A stretch of 64,000 nt of DNA from NCBI GenBank assembly GCA_000934665.2, contig JYFJ02001475.1, positions 1 to 64,000 on the forward strand, written 5' to 3'. Positions 40,773-55,500 of the stretch are shown here, in pieces; the first letter of the stretch is position 1; every line of letters begins with the position of its first letter. This stretch comes from Catajapyx aquilonaris. Its lineage: Eukaryota. Position numbers and translations under genes: made by a program. Below the pieces are notes generated by a model. It made no database searches. It was not told where the DNA came from and was given only the letters and a program-made list of their open reading frames with translations.

Positions 40773-43700
40773 CACTTTCAGATCGAAGAATTTTCTAAAG
40801 AAAATATTACACTTTTCAGAAGATATTTAAACAAAATTCTGTATAATAGACATAACATACTCTAGTTACTATGTGATGGTCATATCTAATATTTGACAGT
40901 TTTTGACATAAGTTGCTTTTGCAAAAAAAAGCTTCATTATGAACCTAATCATGTTGGATTTATCACCATATAGTTTTATGCACTGTTCCCGTTTTGAAAA
41001 AAATACTGCATAAATAAATATTATACAGTATTTCTGGAAAATCAGATTTTCCAGGAACACCAAAAGTGCATAAAACAACTTTACTCACTGCACTTTATCC
41101 ATTACATTTGTCAATTTTTAAATTTCTCGATCTCTGTGCATCACATCTATTTTGATGTTAAATTATGGATATAGACCACGTTTACATAAACCTAAGCTTT
41201 GTGTAGTTAACGCCGCCTCTACGTCATGTCACTATAAAAATTGCATGACATGCTCGGTGTAGCCTATACAGTACACAGTCCAACGATGCACTGCAGCAAT
41301 CACGTCCAGCAAAAACTCCCGCAAATCTTCCCGCAACCGCAAGATCGATGAGTCAAAATGTACGAAACTCTTTAGAAAGAACGGCAAAAAAAAATCTTAC
41401 AACTTTCCATCCCTCATCGAGTTTTGCAATATCGTCAAAAGGCAACGACTGAGCTTCCCAGAGGCCTGGAAGGAAAGAAATGTGCGGAGGTCTTGGAGGC
41501 AGCTGGGGAGATACAAAGTGTCACTTGCGATGTAAAGGAAAGGATGGTTGAGGGGACATCCCGTGGAGCTACTTTGCCGCGAATCCGGTGAGATTTGCCA
41601 TTTGGAGGGTTCTCTGCCTCTCAACACTCTAGGGCCAACCTCACCCCCCATCCCCGCAACATGGCATCAGCCCTATCCTCCTCATTGCTATTCGACCCAA
41701 CCCATCACCATCCACACACACCCCTACATTTATTTTACGTCTTTTCCGCCGAGAGTGGGATCTACCAAGAGGTAGTCAGAAAGTTCTTTTAAGATTTTTT
41801 CTAAGAATGGAATTTTGACCTTGTTTGGTTATCAAAAGGTCACTCTTAGGTTTTGGTGGTGTGTTCATGTCACGTAGTCTTCTAGTTCAAAAGGCCATAC
41901 ATTTATACACTCGCGCATACGGTCATTTTTTGATGCCCAGAAAGTGTTTCGGCGCCCCGTTGCGGTGGAGAAGGGGAAAGGGTCGATGTGACGGGAGAGA
42001 CTGCTCACGATGTTTACATGCCGCCAGTCAGCTAGCAACTGAATAGGTCCTCCCTTCATTGCGCAGGCGCAGAACGGGGCCAATCGGAAGTGTCGGTTAA
42101 ACAATATACAGCGAGCCAATCACGTACGGTACAACGAAGGATTTTAATATTATAAATAAGCAAGCTTTAAATCATATCAAAAATTACTGACAAGTCTAAA
42201 ACTGCGATATTCCAGATTTGTTAAAAAAACTACTATTATAACATGATGCGGTTACTCTCCCCACTAGAGTAGGTTATGAATGTAGCTTCAATTTTTAACA
42301 TCATCCACACTCCGTTGGTGGGGAGCTCCCTCTCTCGGCACAAAAAAAAAGTCAATTACTCTGGATTGTCAAGACCGCGGCAATTCATGTCCGGTCTAAT
42401 TCGATTGCACTTTAAAATTACGTCGCTTTTTGCCAACTCACGGTCCCTTCCATCCCAGCAAATCGACACTCGTTGGTACCATTGTTTCGTCCGCTTTCGA
42501 CATTTCCAATCCGCAATCCCTAGCTTTATGTTCGTGGCTGCAACGCTCGCTCGCCTGCATATTCACAGCTATAGGAATAGGCGTCTCCATTCTTCGTCAT
42601 GGTCAACTCAGCCAATTGTCCTGTGCTACTGGACACGGAGGGACATTCCTTTCTAAAGTGGACGGACGGCTGGACTACACGTTGAACAAAAACTACATAA
42701 AATTAATATTTACAAAAATGTTACACCTAGTGCTCCACAAAAATTTCAAGCTCCTTTTGGCACACCTTGTCAGCCCCATTCAGCGTCTAAAACCCTGTAC
42801 ATGGACCGTATCATAATGTCCCATCGTCCTAAAGCCTTGCAGGGGGGCCGAACCTCGAGGCCACAAAAAAAACTCGAAAAAAAAGCAAAGAGGTGAGCGA
42901 AGTCAAGAGCTCGGCTCTGTTTGGCATGAAAAGAGGTGGGGTTTGTGCTGGAGGCTTCCCATTCCAAAAGACGCTCTTGGCATCCGAAGAGCCTCAGACT
43001 CCCCAGGATGAGATTTATCCCAGATCTGCCATCGCAGCCTTCATCAACTCGCAGATATTTACCCAGCTTCTACTGGTTACAAAAATGTCAGGGTTAGGTC
43101 AAAAAAAAAATGAAATGAAATGTAGGTTGCATCATGCTAGGATGAAACAAGGTACATTATTCAAATTATTATTTTTTTGTAATTTTCAGTCGTTCGCAAT
43201 GCATTTTTTAAAAATACCAATCTTTATGCAATGTGGCAGAAATTTAGGATTCGGATTATCATTGTGGGACCCCTGCTGGTGCTCGAAGTTCCGCTCCAAT
43301 TTCCTCTTCCAACATCATTCGGAGAGATTGGCGAATAATTTGCATGGGCGATAGTCGGGAGGGCGCTGAGCCCCTCACTTACATGATGCATTCAAATCTC
43401 CAAGCGAATCCACACACCTAATTTATACACGTGCCACCAATTCCAAATGGCGAATTCGATCGGAACAATAGAGATCAGAGTTAGTCAGATTTTTTTGGGG
43501 GGGGGGAGCGAAAGCAAACAAAGAGTTCAGAGGCTTGGCAACGTCGCAAATGTCAGCCATTTTGTCACCCTCACCCAAGCGTAGTGTTGGAAATAAGTAC
43601 TATACAGCTGTTGTTGATAATGCCAACCATGCAAGACTAGGTCCAATGTTGGCATAGCTTTCTACCTTCATTTTCATTTTTTAATAATCCAAAAAAATTT

Positions 43701-45309
43701 GCATAGTAATTTCGCACTCAAGCCACACAAGATCTGTAAAACAGTCCGCTTTTCTCTGCCGGATTTTCATTCGCGGAACTAGATAACAACACTTCCATTG
43801 TGCTAATCCCAGGGACTAGGGGAGTGCTAACAAAGAGCTGGCGAATCCTCCACCCTGGAGGGGTCTTTTTAGGGTTAATCTTTTAAATCGGCTTATGGAA
43901 TTGTCTCCCCGTAACCTGCTGTAAGCCACAGGGATTTCCTGCCTTCAAACCCTCCGGAACATCTCTTCTTCAGGACTTCAGGACTGCTCGTTACTGCATG
44001 TGTACTCGAGGTCACTCTAAACCAACTAGTGAACCATTTGCCAAAATTTGGCAAACCATGTAATCAGTACGACATTGAAAATCATGGCTCGCTGATTTTT
44101 CACGTAGTACTATTTTTGACGAAGAGATGGCTCATACTCCCTCTGCACACTCATGCCACCTAGCGATACTATCAGGCCGGACAAGCATCAGACGGAGAGA
44201 ATAAGCCTATTAGGAGAAATAAACCGTATGCCAATAACCGCTGTCAAAAATGTGACAACCTAATAGAACAAACCGGTTGAGAACACAGTGTTACTCGCAC
44301 TGTACTGCATTAACAGTTCAATTGAACTGGTGTGTGTTACCATCAACGGTTATACTGTATTTTTGACGCACCTGTTTTCCCTTGACAATGTAAAAGCAAA
44401 CACAATACCATCACTGCGTTCTTGCCTGACAATTAAAACAAGCTGCAATTAATCAGGGGGCCCAGATGCAGCAAATATGACGCTGTTGCTGTCCCGGTTT
44501 TAGCGTTTGTTCCGTGGCTTGTTTTGCAGGAACAACAAAAGAGCAACCTGATCGCACCCACCAATGGAGTAATCGATGGGTATGGCAAAGGATAATCTCA
44601 CCCATAATACCCTAGGATTTATGACGCAACTAATTGGTCAATCCATAGTTGGAAATATGCTGGGAGGGGGGGGGGGTTTAAAAGTATGCACCTTTTTTTA
44701 AATGGAATAGTTAGGTCCTCCAGCAGAGCCCATTTTGGCCCCCAATTTCAGCAGGCACGTTTCAGCACCGCTGATCACTGGATATAGGTGGTGATTAAGA
44801 AAATTTCTGACTCCGGGGCAGATTTGCATACGGGCCGATTAATCCGGGAATAATGAGGCAACACGCCCCCCTTTGCTTTATTGGACATTTTTTTTGCAGG
44901 CAGTAATTATAAGGACTTTTTTTTTCTGGGGGTGCAATTCTGAGCGCAAAGGCCTCCCATTACTGCTGCCTCACTCACTTCTTAGTAATAAATCCAGAAC
45001 TGTGTTTATCTTTAATTATGTCTCGGACTTAATATTGGGCCCGCCTGGAACGGAAGAATAACGGTGGATATAAAGAGTGCGCAGGATTTAAACTCTCCGG
45101 TTGCACATAAGTCGAGTGATCAATTTATTCCTCATCATTCACGCCAAGGATTGAAATGATTGACGAACGCCCCGGATATTATCTGGCAGCCGCTTCAGCA
45201 TTAAAGCTGCTGTAAAATGCATCATCGTCAAACGAGAGGGAAATATTACGCAACATGAAGTTTTGCGGGTATGTGAAAATGGCAACTATTTCGATCGTCA
45301 CGTATAATT

Positions 45310-45720
45310 GTAATAAACAAATAAATAAATTTTGCATAAGTAACTTTCAAATAAATAAATTTCGCATAAATAACTTTCAAATAAATAAATAACTTCAGAA
45401 TAAATAAGTAAGTAAGTACTGTAATTTTCAAATGTACCGTATACGGTAATATAAGTAAATAAATACATGTCAAAAAATGAAATAAATAAATGTCAAAAAA
45501 TAAAATAAATAAATGTCAAAAATATAACAATGTTAAAAAATAAATAAATAAATTTCAAAAAATAAAAATAAGATTTCAAATAAATAAGCAAACAGTAAGT
45601 AAATAAATTTCAAATAATAATATAATTAAGTAAATACATCTATCAAGGAAATAAATAAATTTTAAATAAGTAAATAAGTAAATAAATTTTAAATAAATAA
45701 ATAAAGTTCAAATCAACAAT
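45310..45720. repeat. AT-rich low-complexity satellite (AAATAAATAAATTTC-like)
   Basis: Repeated AAATAAATAAAT(TTC/GTC) units. Confidence 0.8.
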
Positions 45721-48254
45721 AGGACTAATATAAAATTTTATAATTTTCAAGAATATTATTATTGTTTTTTTTTTAGTTTTGTAAATTTTATAAAACAAAT
45801 ACCGGTACACATAGTACATACTATAAATTTGGATATGAAAATTTCAAATATATAAGTAGGCCTAATGCTGTATAATTAAAATAAATTAGCAAATGAATAA
45901 ATAAATAAATATTTACCAAACTGAACGAACCACCAAGAGCCCGCCATTTCCTATAACGAAACTGTACGAAAATTAAGGAATTTCCAGCCCATTATGCAAT
46001 ACAATCCCTTCGTTCATTGGCAACAACCGCAAACATTGAGGCGAGAAACCTCATCTGCTCGAGCGAAGACATTAATAATTAAAAAGGTGCGCAATTCCTC
46101 CCCGCAGCCACCTTCCTCCTGGAGAAGTCGCAAGAAGGAGGTGTCAAAGAGACATGATTAAGGGGCAACTCTATACATTTCCGTCGCGAAATCGCCTCAT
46201 CTTGGTCGCTCCATTCGCCTCAAAAGCACCGGTTTGATCAAAGGCTGCAACCCACAGCCTTTCCGATTAATTTCCGGGCGTTCGACGTCTAGAGACCCGA
46301 GGTCACCCTCTGGCATCGTCATGTGACCTCTCAGTCTTGGTGACCTTTTTTTTTTTTTGTGAACCCTGCAGTGCAAATTTTGTCAACCGGACGTTAATTC
46401 CCGTCGGTTGTTTCCCCTTCTGCTTCGATCTGGCCCTACAGCATGTTCCATAATGACATCTGGCACCTGATCATTTTATACAGGGTGTTTCAAAAATGTG
46501 ATATCAGAATGTGACCGGTTTGAATCTCGGTAATGAGAAGACATGTCCACATTAGGTGACCACACTGTAAGGTTCGTTACGAAACACCCGGTAGTTGATC
46601 TGGTGATTAAAGTAGACTCCAGGCTTGCATACCATTCAGGATGAGGCATGCGATGCTTTGGAGCGGAGTTAATCATGACAAATCCACTGCATACACGCGT
46701 TAAATTAACGCGACAGTACATTGTACATGTGAGCGTGTATTTCGGACTGGAAATAATTCGGGGGAAGGTCCCATTCTGCATAATCCGAGCTTTAATGTTC
46801 GAAACTATTCAGGCTTTAATTACTGTCACGTCGCAATGTTGCCTCACTTCATGTTAACTGGTGTTTTTGTTATAAGAATATTAAATTTTTAAAACAGTAC
46901 AAGGGAGGTATAGATTGATTTGGGACGCGTTCATTTCGTGGTTGTTGCTTCTCTTTGAACTGGTTTATGGAGCAAACAATCAATAACTATCTAACCCCCT
47001 TCCATGCTATACAGTATATTGAAATGTGGTGGTCCACCACTATGTACTGTAGTACATATAGTTAGTGAAAGTTCATGTTCATATAACGAACCTGAATAAC
47101 AAAAAAAATATGTAATGGCTTAAACTTGTTAATGAGACATTCAGTGGCGAAACGGAAATGAGTTCCAAATGAAGATGACTGGAAGAAATCGACATTTTCC
47201 ATTCTACAGGTGAAGAAATTTGAATTGCCTTACGTAATTGGATTTAAGATCTGCAATTGCACGACTTGTGCAGCAATTCAGACCTATACAGTGCAATATA
47301 GACGTTCCTTCTATATTGCATAGTATGTGCCGAAAAAATACGTTCAGCATCTTACTATTGTGAGATCAGTACTGTATATAACAACTGCAGTTTAAAACAT
47401 CGATATAAATCATTCATTTTTAGAGCACATCGGGCTGCATTCCGATAGTCCTGTACTATCAAATCTGGCCATTATCCAGTCATTATTTATGTTGAATTTG
47501 TAAATCTCTGTTTATAGGACTCTTAGGTGCGGTTTAAAAGATAAGACTGGGAATTATTCACAATAAGGCATAAAAAGATGTTAGGCACAGAATAAAAATG
47601 GCGAATATGTGGGTGCTTAATTACGTTGTGCCCATTACTGCAAACGTAACTATAAGCGTAAAATTAAATCCTTGATATAAAAAGGGGGGAACGTAGCAGA
47701 AAATGCGCATTGAACTTTTTTTTAAAAAATCAATAGCCTCACAATGTGCGGTTTAACTGCTAATATATAAAACCCACAAACCGTGCCAGATTCGCCCCTA
47801 GTGTTGGCGGAATTTGCATCATTATGGATGTCATCAACCCAACTTCCCGCATTTTTCATTTGGTTCATACCATCAAAAGTGTACAAACAGCGGACGGGCA
47901 GCAAAAACTTTTCCGCCCAATATCTTCCATGTTTGGCCAAATCATTTTCCCCTCCGGCTCATTTATCCCCGCATATCCACATTCAGACGAAAAATTTTGA
48001 TAGGTCTGTGCGACATGAGAATTTCCATATTGCCAATTCACTCTGCACAAACACATAGTCACATGGAATATACTGTTGACTATCATAATTATAAAAAACC
48101 AAAACATCGTTCGCCTACAGCAAAAGAAGAAAAAAAATTTGCAAGTTGATCATCGGTGTGCAGCTTCTAAATTAATTACTTCTGCCTGAAATATTTTATA
48201 CAAGTACGTTCGCATAAATAATACGCGACTTAAAAATAACTAGTAATACTGTAA

Positions 48255-48520
48255 TTTACAACAACAACAATAAATTATTTACAACAATCCACCGATAATA
48301 AATTATTTACAACGATCCACCGATAATAAAATTATTATTTACAACGATCCACCGATAATAAATTATTTACAATAAATTGATAAGAAATTATATGCAATAA
48401 ATTGATAATAAATTATTTATAATAAACTGATAATAAATTATTTATAATAAATTGATAATAAATTATTTATAATAAACTGATAATAAATTATTTATAATAA
48501 ACTGATAATAAATAATTTAC
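48255..48520. repeat. AT-rich minisatellite (~26-29 bp unit GATAATAAATTATTTA(C/T)AA...)
   Basis: About nine tandem units, drifting from ...ACGATCCACC to ...ATAAACT variants. Confidence 0.85.
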
Positions 48521-51500
48521 AATGAACTCAAAATAAAAAAACAAAATAAAATATGTGAGGGTTGATGATAGCTCTTAAATGAGCTTATGCATATTTAATA
48601 TATATGGGATATTAATAAAATATTAATTGAATGGCCGATATATACGTTATTTCCTTCAAATCACACAAAAGACGGACTTGCCACATCTCTATCCCCTAAT
48701 GTCCTTGTAAGGGAAAATCAGCCCATGGCTCCAAGCTGGTGCGGTATATTTTGACCCGAATTTTTCCAGAACTCATTTTACATCCAGCCCTAGGCCTATA
48801 GAACCGCTCTTTTGTCCAGTGAAGTGCGACGGCACTTTCCCACAATGCCCAAGTGTCGACAAATCCCTGATCATACACCTACACTTGAGGGCAGTCCCCC
48901 CCCCCCCCACCCCTTTTGCAGGCCCAATCAATTCCACGGGGGGACACAAAAAGCCCCCCTGGGCCAACGGAAAAGCACAGGCCTCCATTTATCACCAAGT
49001 AGGATATAGCAGAGCAAGGAACAATAATTTTCCCGCTTGTTTCCCCAAAGTTCCTCCAGGGCCTTAGAATCGATCAGGGAATTGTCCCCTCGGTGATGTT
49101 CTTCCCAGAGCCAAAGAAGAAGAAGAAGAGGCAACACCCTCTTGTTAATTACTAGTTTTGAGGGAAGCCACCGGTTGCAGGTGATGTCAAAAACAGACAG
49201 TTTTTACTCGATTAGCTTAATTAAAAGGCTTGGCCATAGGGCCCTGGTTATTGATGGGAATCACATGGGAACGTCAATTCCATATAGGTTTTGATGTTCA
49301 GCAGATAACTGGAGCTCGTTCTCTTTGCAGTGCTGGAGCAAGTGGCGATGCAATTGCGTTGGTGTGCTCGGTCGATATATGCTTTTCGGCTGTATAAAAC
49401 CGGTTGTCAGCAGGTTGGTTTCAAAGTCGAAATTGTATTAAACAGGACGTTCTAAGTTACGTGATTTTTAAAAACAGTTATGTACATGCAGGGATGCGCT
49501 GAATATAACAATCGAGGCGTGATTGGCCACCTCAGATGAGGTAATAAAAAAACTTCAGCTTATTGTTTTCAATTACTAATGGCCCATATGGTTGTGTGTT
49601 TGAAATTACCCTAATTACAAGTGAGCAGCAAAGGAACCCTTCCAGTACTTACTTTTTAGTGTAAGTTGTACGGTACAGGTTGTTGTCATGTAAACAGATT
49701 GCCATGAAAATATAACCTGGACAAAGAAACAAACAAACGTTGCCTTTTATTTTAAAAAATAAATATAAACTGAAAACTCAGTTCGTGTTAAACACATATG
49801 TCTTCTTCGCTTATGTGTAATGAATACAGTCATGTTCAAATTAAACTCCAGACGCGACACAGAAATTAGTACTCTCCCTCGAGGCCTGTAATGACGCCCA
49901 CTCCAGATTCATAACACCAAAATGAAGTTCCACATTACGCGTTAATTCATCCCTGTCATTCTAAAATCCAATAAAACGCACGCTTCTTATATTTTAAACC
50001 ATCCGAAAAGTGATTGGCAAAAGGACCGACGCCGACAGCCAGCCCCATTTCAATTGTTGGATAATTAGTTTTTTAGATCCCTTCCTTTAAAAAAAAATCC
50101 AGGTCACACCAAGTCCTATCTAGGTTTATTATTTCTGGTTCGACTGCACCCTCTTGCTGCCATTCGTCCCAGGACACGGTCGATACGGCAGAAAACTGTC
50201 TCTGCAGGTCATCCATTTCAACTGAACAAAAGACCTCCACCTATATACCAGATGATTTTTTTTTCTATGCCTTTTAAGAGCTTCCAACCAAACAAAACAG
50301 GGTCACACGTTATTGGCATTCAAACACGCATGTCCGGGTCTTTTTTTTGGAGAGACAAAATACATCAAAAAAATCCAGGGGACTCTTCACCTGATTAATT
50401 CATCAACCGAGCGGCCCAATCACAGAGTAGAAACTGCCAAACAAAATCCGTGGTGGTCTTATTAAAGGTGTCTGCACAAAGGGCTTTTGTTGGGATCGGT
50501 TTTTTGGGGGGGAATGTTTGCGGTTGAAAGTCGTACCTTGAGTTGTCAATTTACGGATCGGAATTGTGTGTGACTAGTTGAGGATGGCTGGATTTGAGCT
50601 AATTTGGGTATTGGCAAAGTTCATTTAGGTTTTTTTGTTAGTATGTTTATTTTTCTGGTTGACGAATTTGCTTCTTTTACGTACAGTGCAATTGATATGT
50701 GATATAACTTTTTCTTGGGGGGGTGTCAGCAAACATATTATGCAAGCTAGCTCCAATTTTCATAGCCCTTGATCAGGAAAGGTATCGATCGGATGTTTCC
50801 AATGCAGGTGATCATTCCCAATGGAAGAGCTGTTATCTCCAGCCGGCGGCATGTCGGCAACTTTGTTCCTCATATCGGTCGAATATTGCATAGATAAACA
50901 CCCCACATGGCTCATGCAGGTATGGAAATTGCAATTCTAGCCATGGAAATTATTATAACCTCGTGGTTTTGCAGAATACAAAATTTTTGATTGATTTTTT
51001 TTTTGTAGGTTTATACTGCTGTGAGCGTTTGGCCTCTCGGCGGATGCAAATTCGGTGGAATGCTAAAACGCTGCTGGTTTCAACCCTTAGCGATTTCCAA
51101 TTTCCGCTCTTTCGGTTGTCAGTAATGTTACACCCCAGAGTTTGTTTCAAGGAAGGGGCTCTCTGTTTGGAGAATCAAGTAGGGCCACTCTCAAATGGTC
51201 ACAAGGGATTGCCTGTGTTGCATTGGGGAACTGGTTGCGCAGATATATTGTTTCAAACAGAAGTGGAATAAACGATTTGTTCGTCACTGTACAGTACTTG
51301 TAATTCTTGGACGCATTTTGTGCTACGAAATTAAGTCCATAATAATTAATTAATGTTCTTTTCGATTTGTGTAACCACTGTAGCGGTTAACATGTACAGT
51401 GTAGGCCAATGGGCCGTACAATGTAGTATACTACTTTGTCAGTAATGGGCGAGGTCTGAACAAACAAAGAACATTGAGAAGCAAATTCACAGAAAATACT

Positions 51501-52264
51501 GTTGCCTATTCATGAATTATTTATTTCTACAAATTTTTCATTTTGCTATTTACTAAAACTACTTTTATTGTGCACAGCATATGGACAGTATTATATGCTC
51601 TGACTAGAGCAACATAAAATTTTGATGTTCCAAAGTAGAGAGAAAAACACGTATTTGCAAGTAGGCCTACAGTGCAGTACATGTACGTAACATGCTGTGC
51701 TCATTACACTGAACTGTAAACTCGGTATGAAATATCACAGCTGGTGCAGTGTGAATCAAATTAATTAGAATGTGGAATAATTTTACAGCCTATTTTCATA
51801 ATTTTAAATATTTTCACACGCACTGCACCAGTTCTATTGGCCTCTCCGAAATTTCATTCTTCCATACAGGATTTAGTGTACGGTAGTAATAAGTACGATG
51901 GTAATTACAATATTGAAATGCCCATTGCTACATGCCTAACTGAGGAGCCTCCTTATAACCCCTGTTAATCCGCTGGGCAAAAGTTAGAGTAAACCTCCTG
52001 CGAGTAATCATATTCATTTAAATATTGGGTCTGTAAGTGTTACAAGCTGCATGAAAGCCATCTAAAGCACATTGGCAGCCCTCTTCTTTCTGACATGGAC
52101 TCCTCCCCCGAGGGTATTTTCTAAGCTCTCTTCAATTTATGAAAGTGCTGACTCGAGCAAAGCCTTCAGTCCTGGGGTATATCGCTGACAACCAGTAAAG
52201 CACTCAATAGTCCCTCGTTTCTACGTTGCAGCCCAAAATAAAATTAGTAATTCCATTTAAGAGG

Positions 52265-52550
52265 AGGAATGTCTCAGGATGTCCGAAGGCATCCTGAGAC
52301 TAACCTAACCTAACCTAACCAGTCCAGTAACCAGGATGTTCCGGACATCCTGAGACATTCCTAACCTAACCTAACCTAACCTAACCTAACCTAACCAGTC
52401 CAGTAACGTGGATGTTCCGGACATCCTGAAACATTCCTAACCTAACCTAACCTAACCTAACCTAACCTAACCAGTCCAGTAACCAGGATGTTCCGGACAT
52501 CCTGAGACATTCCTAACCTAACCTAACCTAACCTAACCTAACCGGTCTAG
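52265..52550. repeat. composite array of (TAACC)n telomere-type tracts separated by a hairpin-containing spacer
   Basis: Four tracts of 4, 7, 7 and 6 TAACC/CCTAA units. Spacer AGTCCAGTAACCAGGATGTTCCGGACATCCTGAGACATT occurs three times (two small variants in the middle copy). Confidence 0.9.
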
Positions 52551-55500
52551 TTTGTATATACCAATGTGACAGGGATTAAGGGGAGTCCACCTCGTATTTA
52601 TGATGTCCCTCGCTCCAGGGGTCAATTTGGTGCTGATAGGGTTGGAAGGACTCGAGGTCATCATGGCCGGATGTAGAGAATGGGAAAGTGGCCTCATAAA
52701 GTCTTAAAGGTGGTATACCGGACACTCTAAACCTGTCCTTACAGTCCTCTAGCCAGCACACACTTCACAAGAAACCTCCACCAAATTAACTCCCAGATCT
52801 TGCTCATCTGAATAATGCCGAGTTGTCCCGTCAAGCTTCAGAATTAGAGGGGTTGGCCCAAATGAATCGCTCTGGAGCAGTTTAGACCACAACCAGCACA
52901 AAGCAAGTCCCCAGTTACACCCGAGTGCCGTAAGTTCCGCCACATGGCTCTAAGATAAGCTTTAAACGCTATGACTAGTATTAAACAGCGAGTGCTCCCA
53001 TAAATTTGGCGACACTGCAAAAATGGCCGCTGACGTGTCTGTCCGCAATGAAAAGCGTCACGTGTTCAGGTGGGAATTATTTCTCTTTTTTAAATGTAAC
53101 TCGATTCAATTTTCCTAGGTCGATCCGAAGCTGTGGGGGAAAAAAACTAGCATGTAAATCGATAGTTACTTTGCGGACATGTTGCACAATGTCCTTGGTT
53201 GTCGGTTGGCCAAAATTGTGAAGTTGCGAGCGTTTCATGGGGCTGCCTTTGACACCAATGCGACTCACTGGACTATGATAGTAAAACTGTGGTTACAAAT
53301 TTTTTAGAGGTTGGAGATCAGCTTATTTTGACAATTAAATCACAATTTTTCTTATTTTTTTAAAAAAAAGGAAGCGCATGTTACATGATCTCTTCTGGTG
53401 TTCCCCCCAAAAAATCTTCAGTTCCAGTTTATCAGACACCAAGTCGTTCCTGTCTGAATTACGAGGAGCTTTATTAGCCCCAAAGCCCCATTTCGTATCT
53501 GACTGCATAATACCCCCATGGCAAGTTCCAGCAAATGAAGACTTTTTGCAAAGAAAATATTATTTCTCACCCTCCAGCATCATTCAAAATGCTCTTATTT
53601 AGACCCTTCAGCATCTTCTGCCTTTGACGTTTTATTATCACTGCCTTGTGTTGTTGCTTTTTTCCCCATCAGAATTGATTTTCCTTGACAAAAGCTAGAT
53701 TTGTCTCGGGCATTTCCAACAATAATTTCCCGTTTTATTATCTCCGGGAATAAATCCAGAGCCAGCATCTTTTTTCCCTCAAAAAGGGCCACGGCTGGAT
53801 GTTAAGAGACATTCTGCCAGGTCCAGACACGACCTTTACGATCATTAAGATCCACCCGGACGGCTGCAAAATTACTGCCAATAAAGGCTGGCACGGCAGC
53901 CATATTTCGGACGAGTCAGTTATATGGACGGAGAAATCTTTGGGACTGCCGGAGACACGCAACCGTCCCCCCCCCCCAAAAAAAAATACATAACGATAAA
54001 AAGACAGGACCAGAAAATAGAGTGGAACAATCCTTTTGCAGTGTTATCGATTCAATAGTGCAGTTGCAGTACTGTGTGATTTTTTTCTGTAGTGTATTGT
54101 GGACATCTGGTGGACATCGGGGTATCTGTTGGCGCAACAGTTTAGATCGTTCACCTCTATGTAGACACCTAAATTATATTCCAAAATGAGTCTCGTCCCT
54201 TTGCGTTACACTAGTCATTCAAAACATGGGGTGTATAGTTATCGCCACCTCCTATTTTGATTGCTGCCATAACCCCCGCCATGAATCACACTAAAACCAG
54301 GCGCTAAAACCCCATTTGACATCCTATCCATGCTATATACACAAAGCATGAATACAAAAAACTGAGCTGGGGGGGGGGGGGGGNGGGGTGACTATCTCTT
54401 CCAACACTTGGCTGTCCATATACAGTGGCTCATGAATAGATTTATTAATTTTCAGCCCCGGTATGCAGCAGCAGTTCAAGTGTTAAAAACCCTAAGCATA
54501 GAACGTTGCACTACGTTAGATTTTGGCGAGACCAATATTCGTTCCAATTCATCTGATCTATTAATAGAGTGCTTCACAACATACTGACAACTTGCGATCG
54601 ATTCCAGGTGTACTCTTTTGCATAATGGAATCGGTTCTTTTTCATATTGGAGGGCAAGCTTATATCGCAGGGGTTGATCTTTTTGAATGAATGTTTTTGG
54701 GAAATTGAAAATTTGCTATTGATCAATAGAGATGTCTGAATGTGATATAATTATTGAGAGTCTGCACTGTATGTGATGCGAGTGTATAGGCTGAGCTACA
54801 CAGACGGAGCACTGTATAGATTTACAGATGAATAGAAAGCTGAATTTAAATCCTTGAAAGAAACCATTGTTCAATTTTCTGTATCACAACTCTCATTAGT
54901 TGCTAGAGAAATGATCCCATGATTACTCGTACGGTACCTTTCAATTTCCTTGTCAATTTATAGGTAAGTACAAGGTTCATACAGTATTTTAATACAAGTC
55001 TAGAAATATTTATTTTTTTATCAAAAAATTTACAAATTTGGCCACCACGATTAATCACAATTTTTTATTACTCCATCAGCGAATCAGAACATGACTAGTT
55101 TTCCCATAATGTTTTCGACCAAATCCGAGTGATGCTAAATATTTAGTGTATTCAAATTACGTCCAACACACCCGCCTGTCAAACTCCATACCAAAGTTAT
55201 AATGAACCCCTAAAAGTTTTGCATACCCCCCCCCCCCAACAGCCATTCATCCCCTAGGCCAATCTCCTGACACACACTCTTTTTTATGTATATAATTTTT
55301 TTGCTAAAAAGAGAGTTCAGATTGTGTCTCATGGTCTCCCGCAATCTATATCCGCAGTATAAGCGATCATTCATCACTTTGATATAGAGAGAAGAGCCCA
55401 TAGTGCACAGCTGTTATTGACTAAGTTTCCACCTACTTGTAACTCATTTTGCACCATGCTTTAACCCTGCTTTTTTTTCATTCCAGACGCCATGTAATAA

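Noticed and set aside
39325..43635. Inverted repeats 4.2 kb apart as ends of one large transposon
   Set aside because: The terminus-like ends (CAGAG..TTGGCAAC) face the intervening DNA rather than enclosing it; no TSD or transposase; better read as two independent copies.
46479..46520. TA|CAGGGTGTTTCAAAA mariner-like terminus
   Set aside because: No matching right TIR or transposase found nearby.
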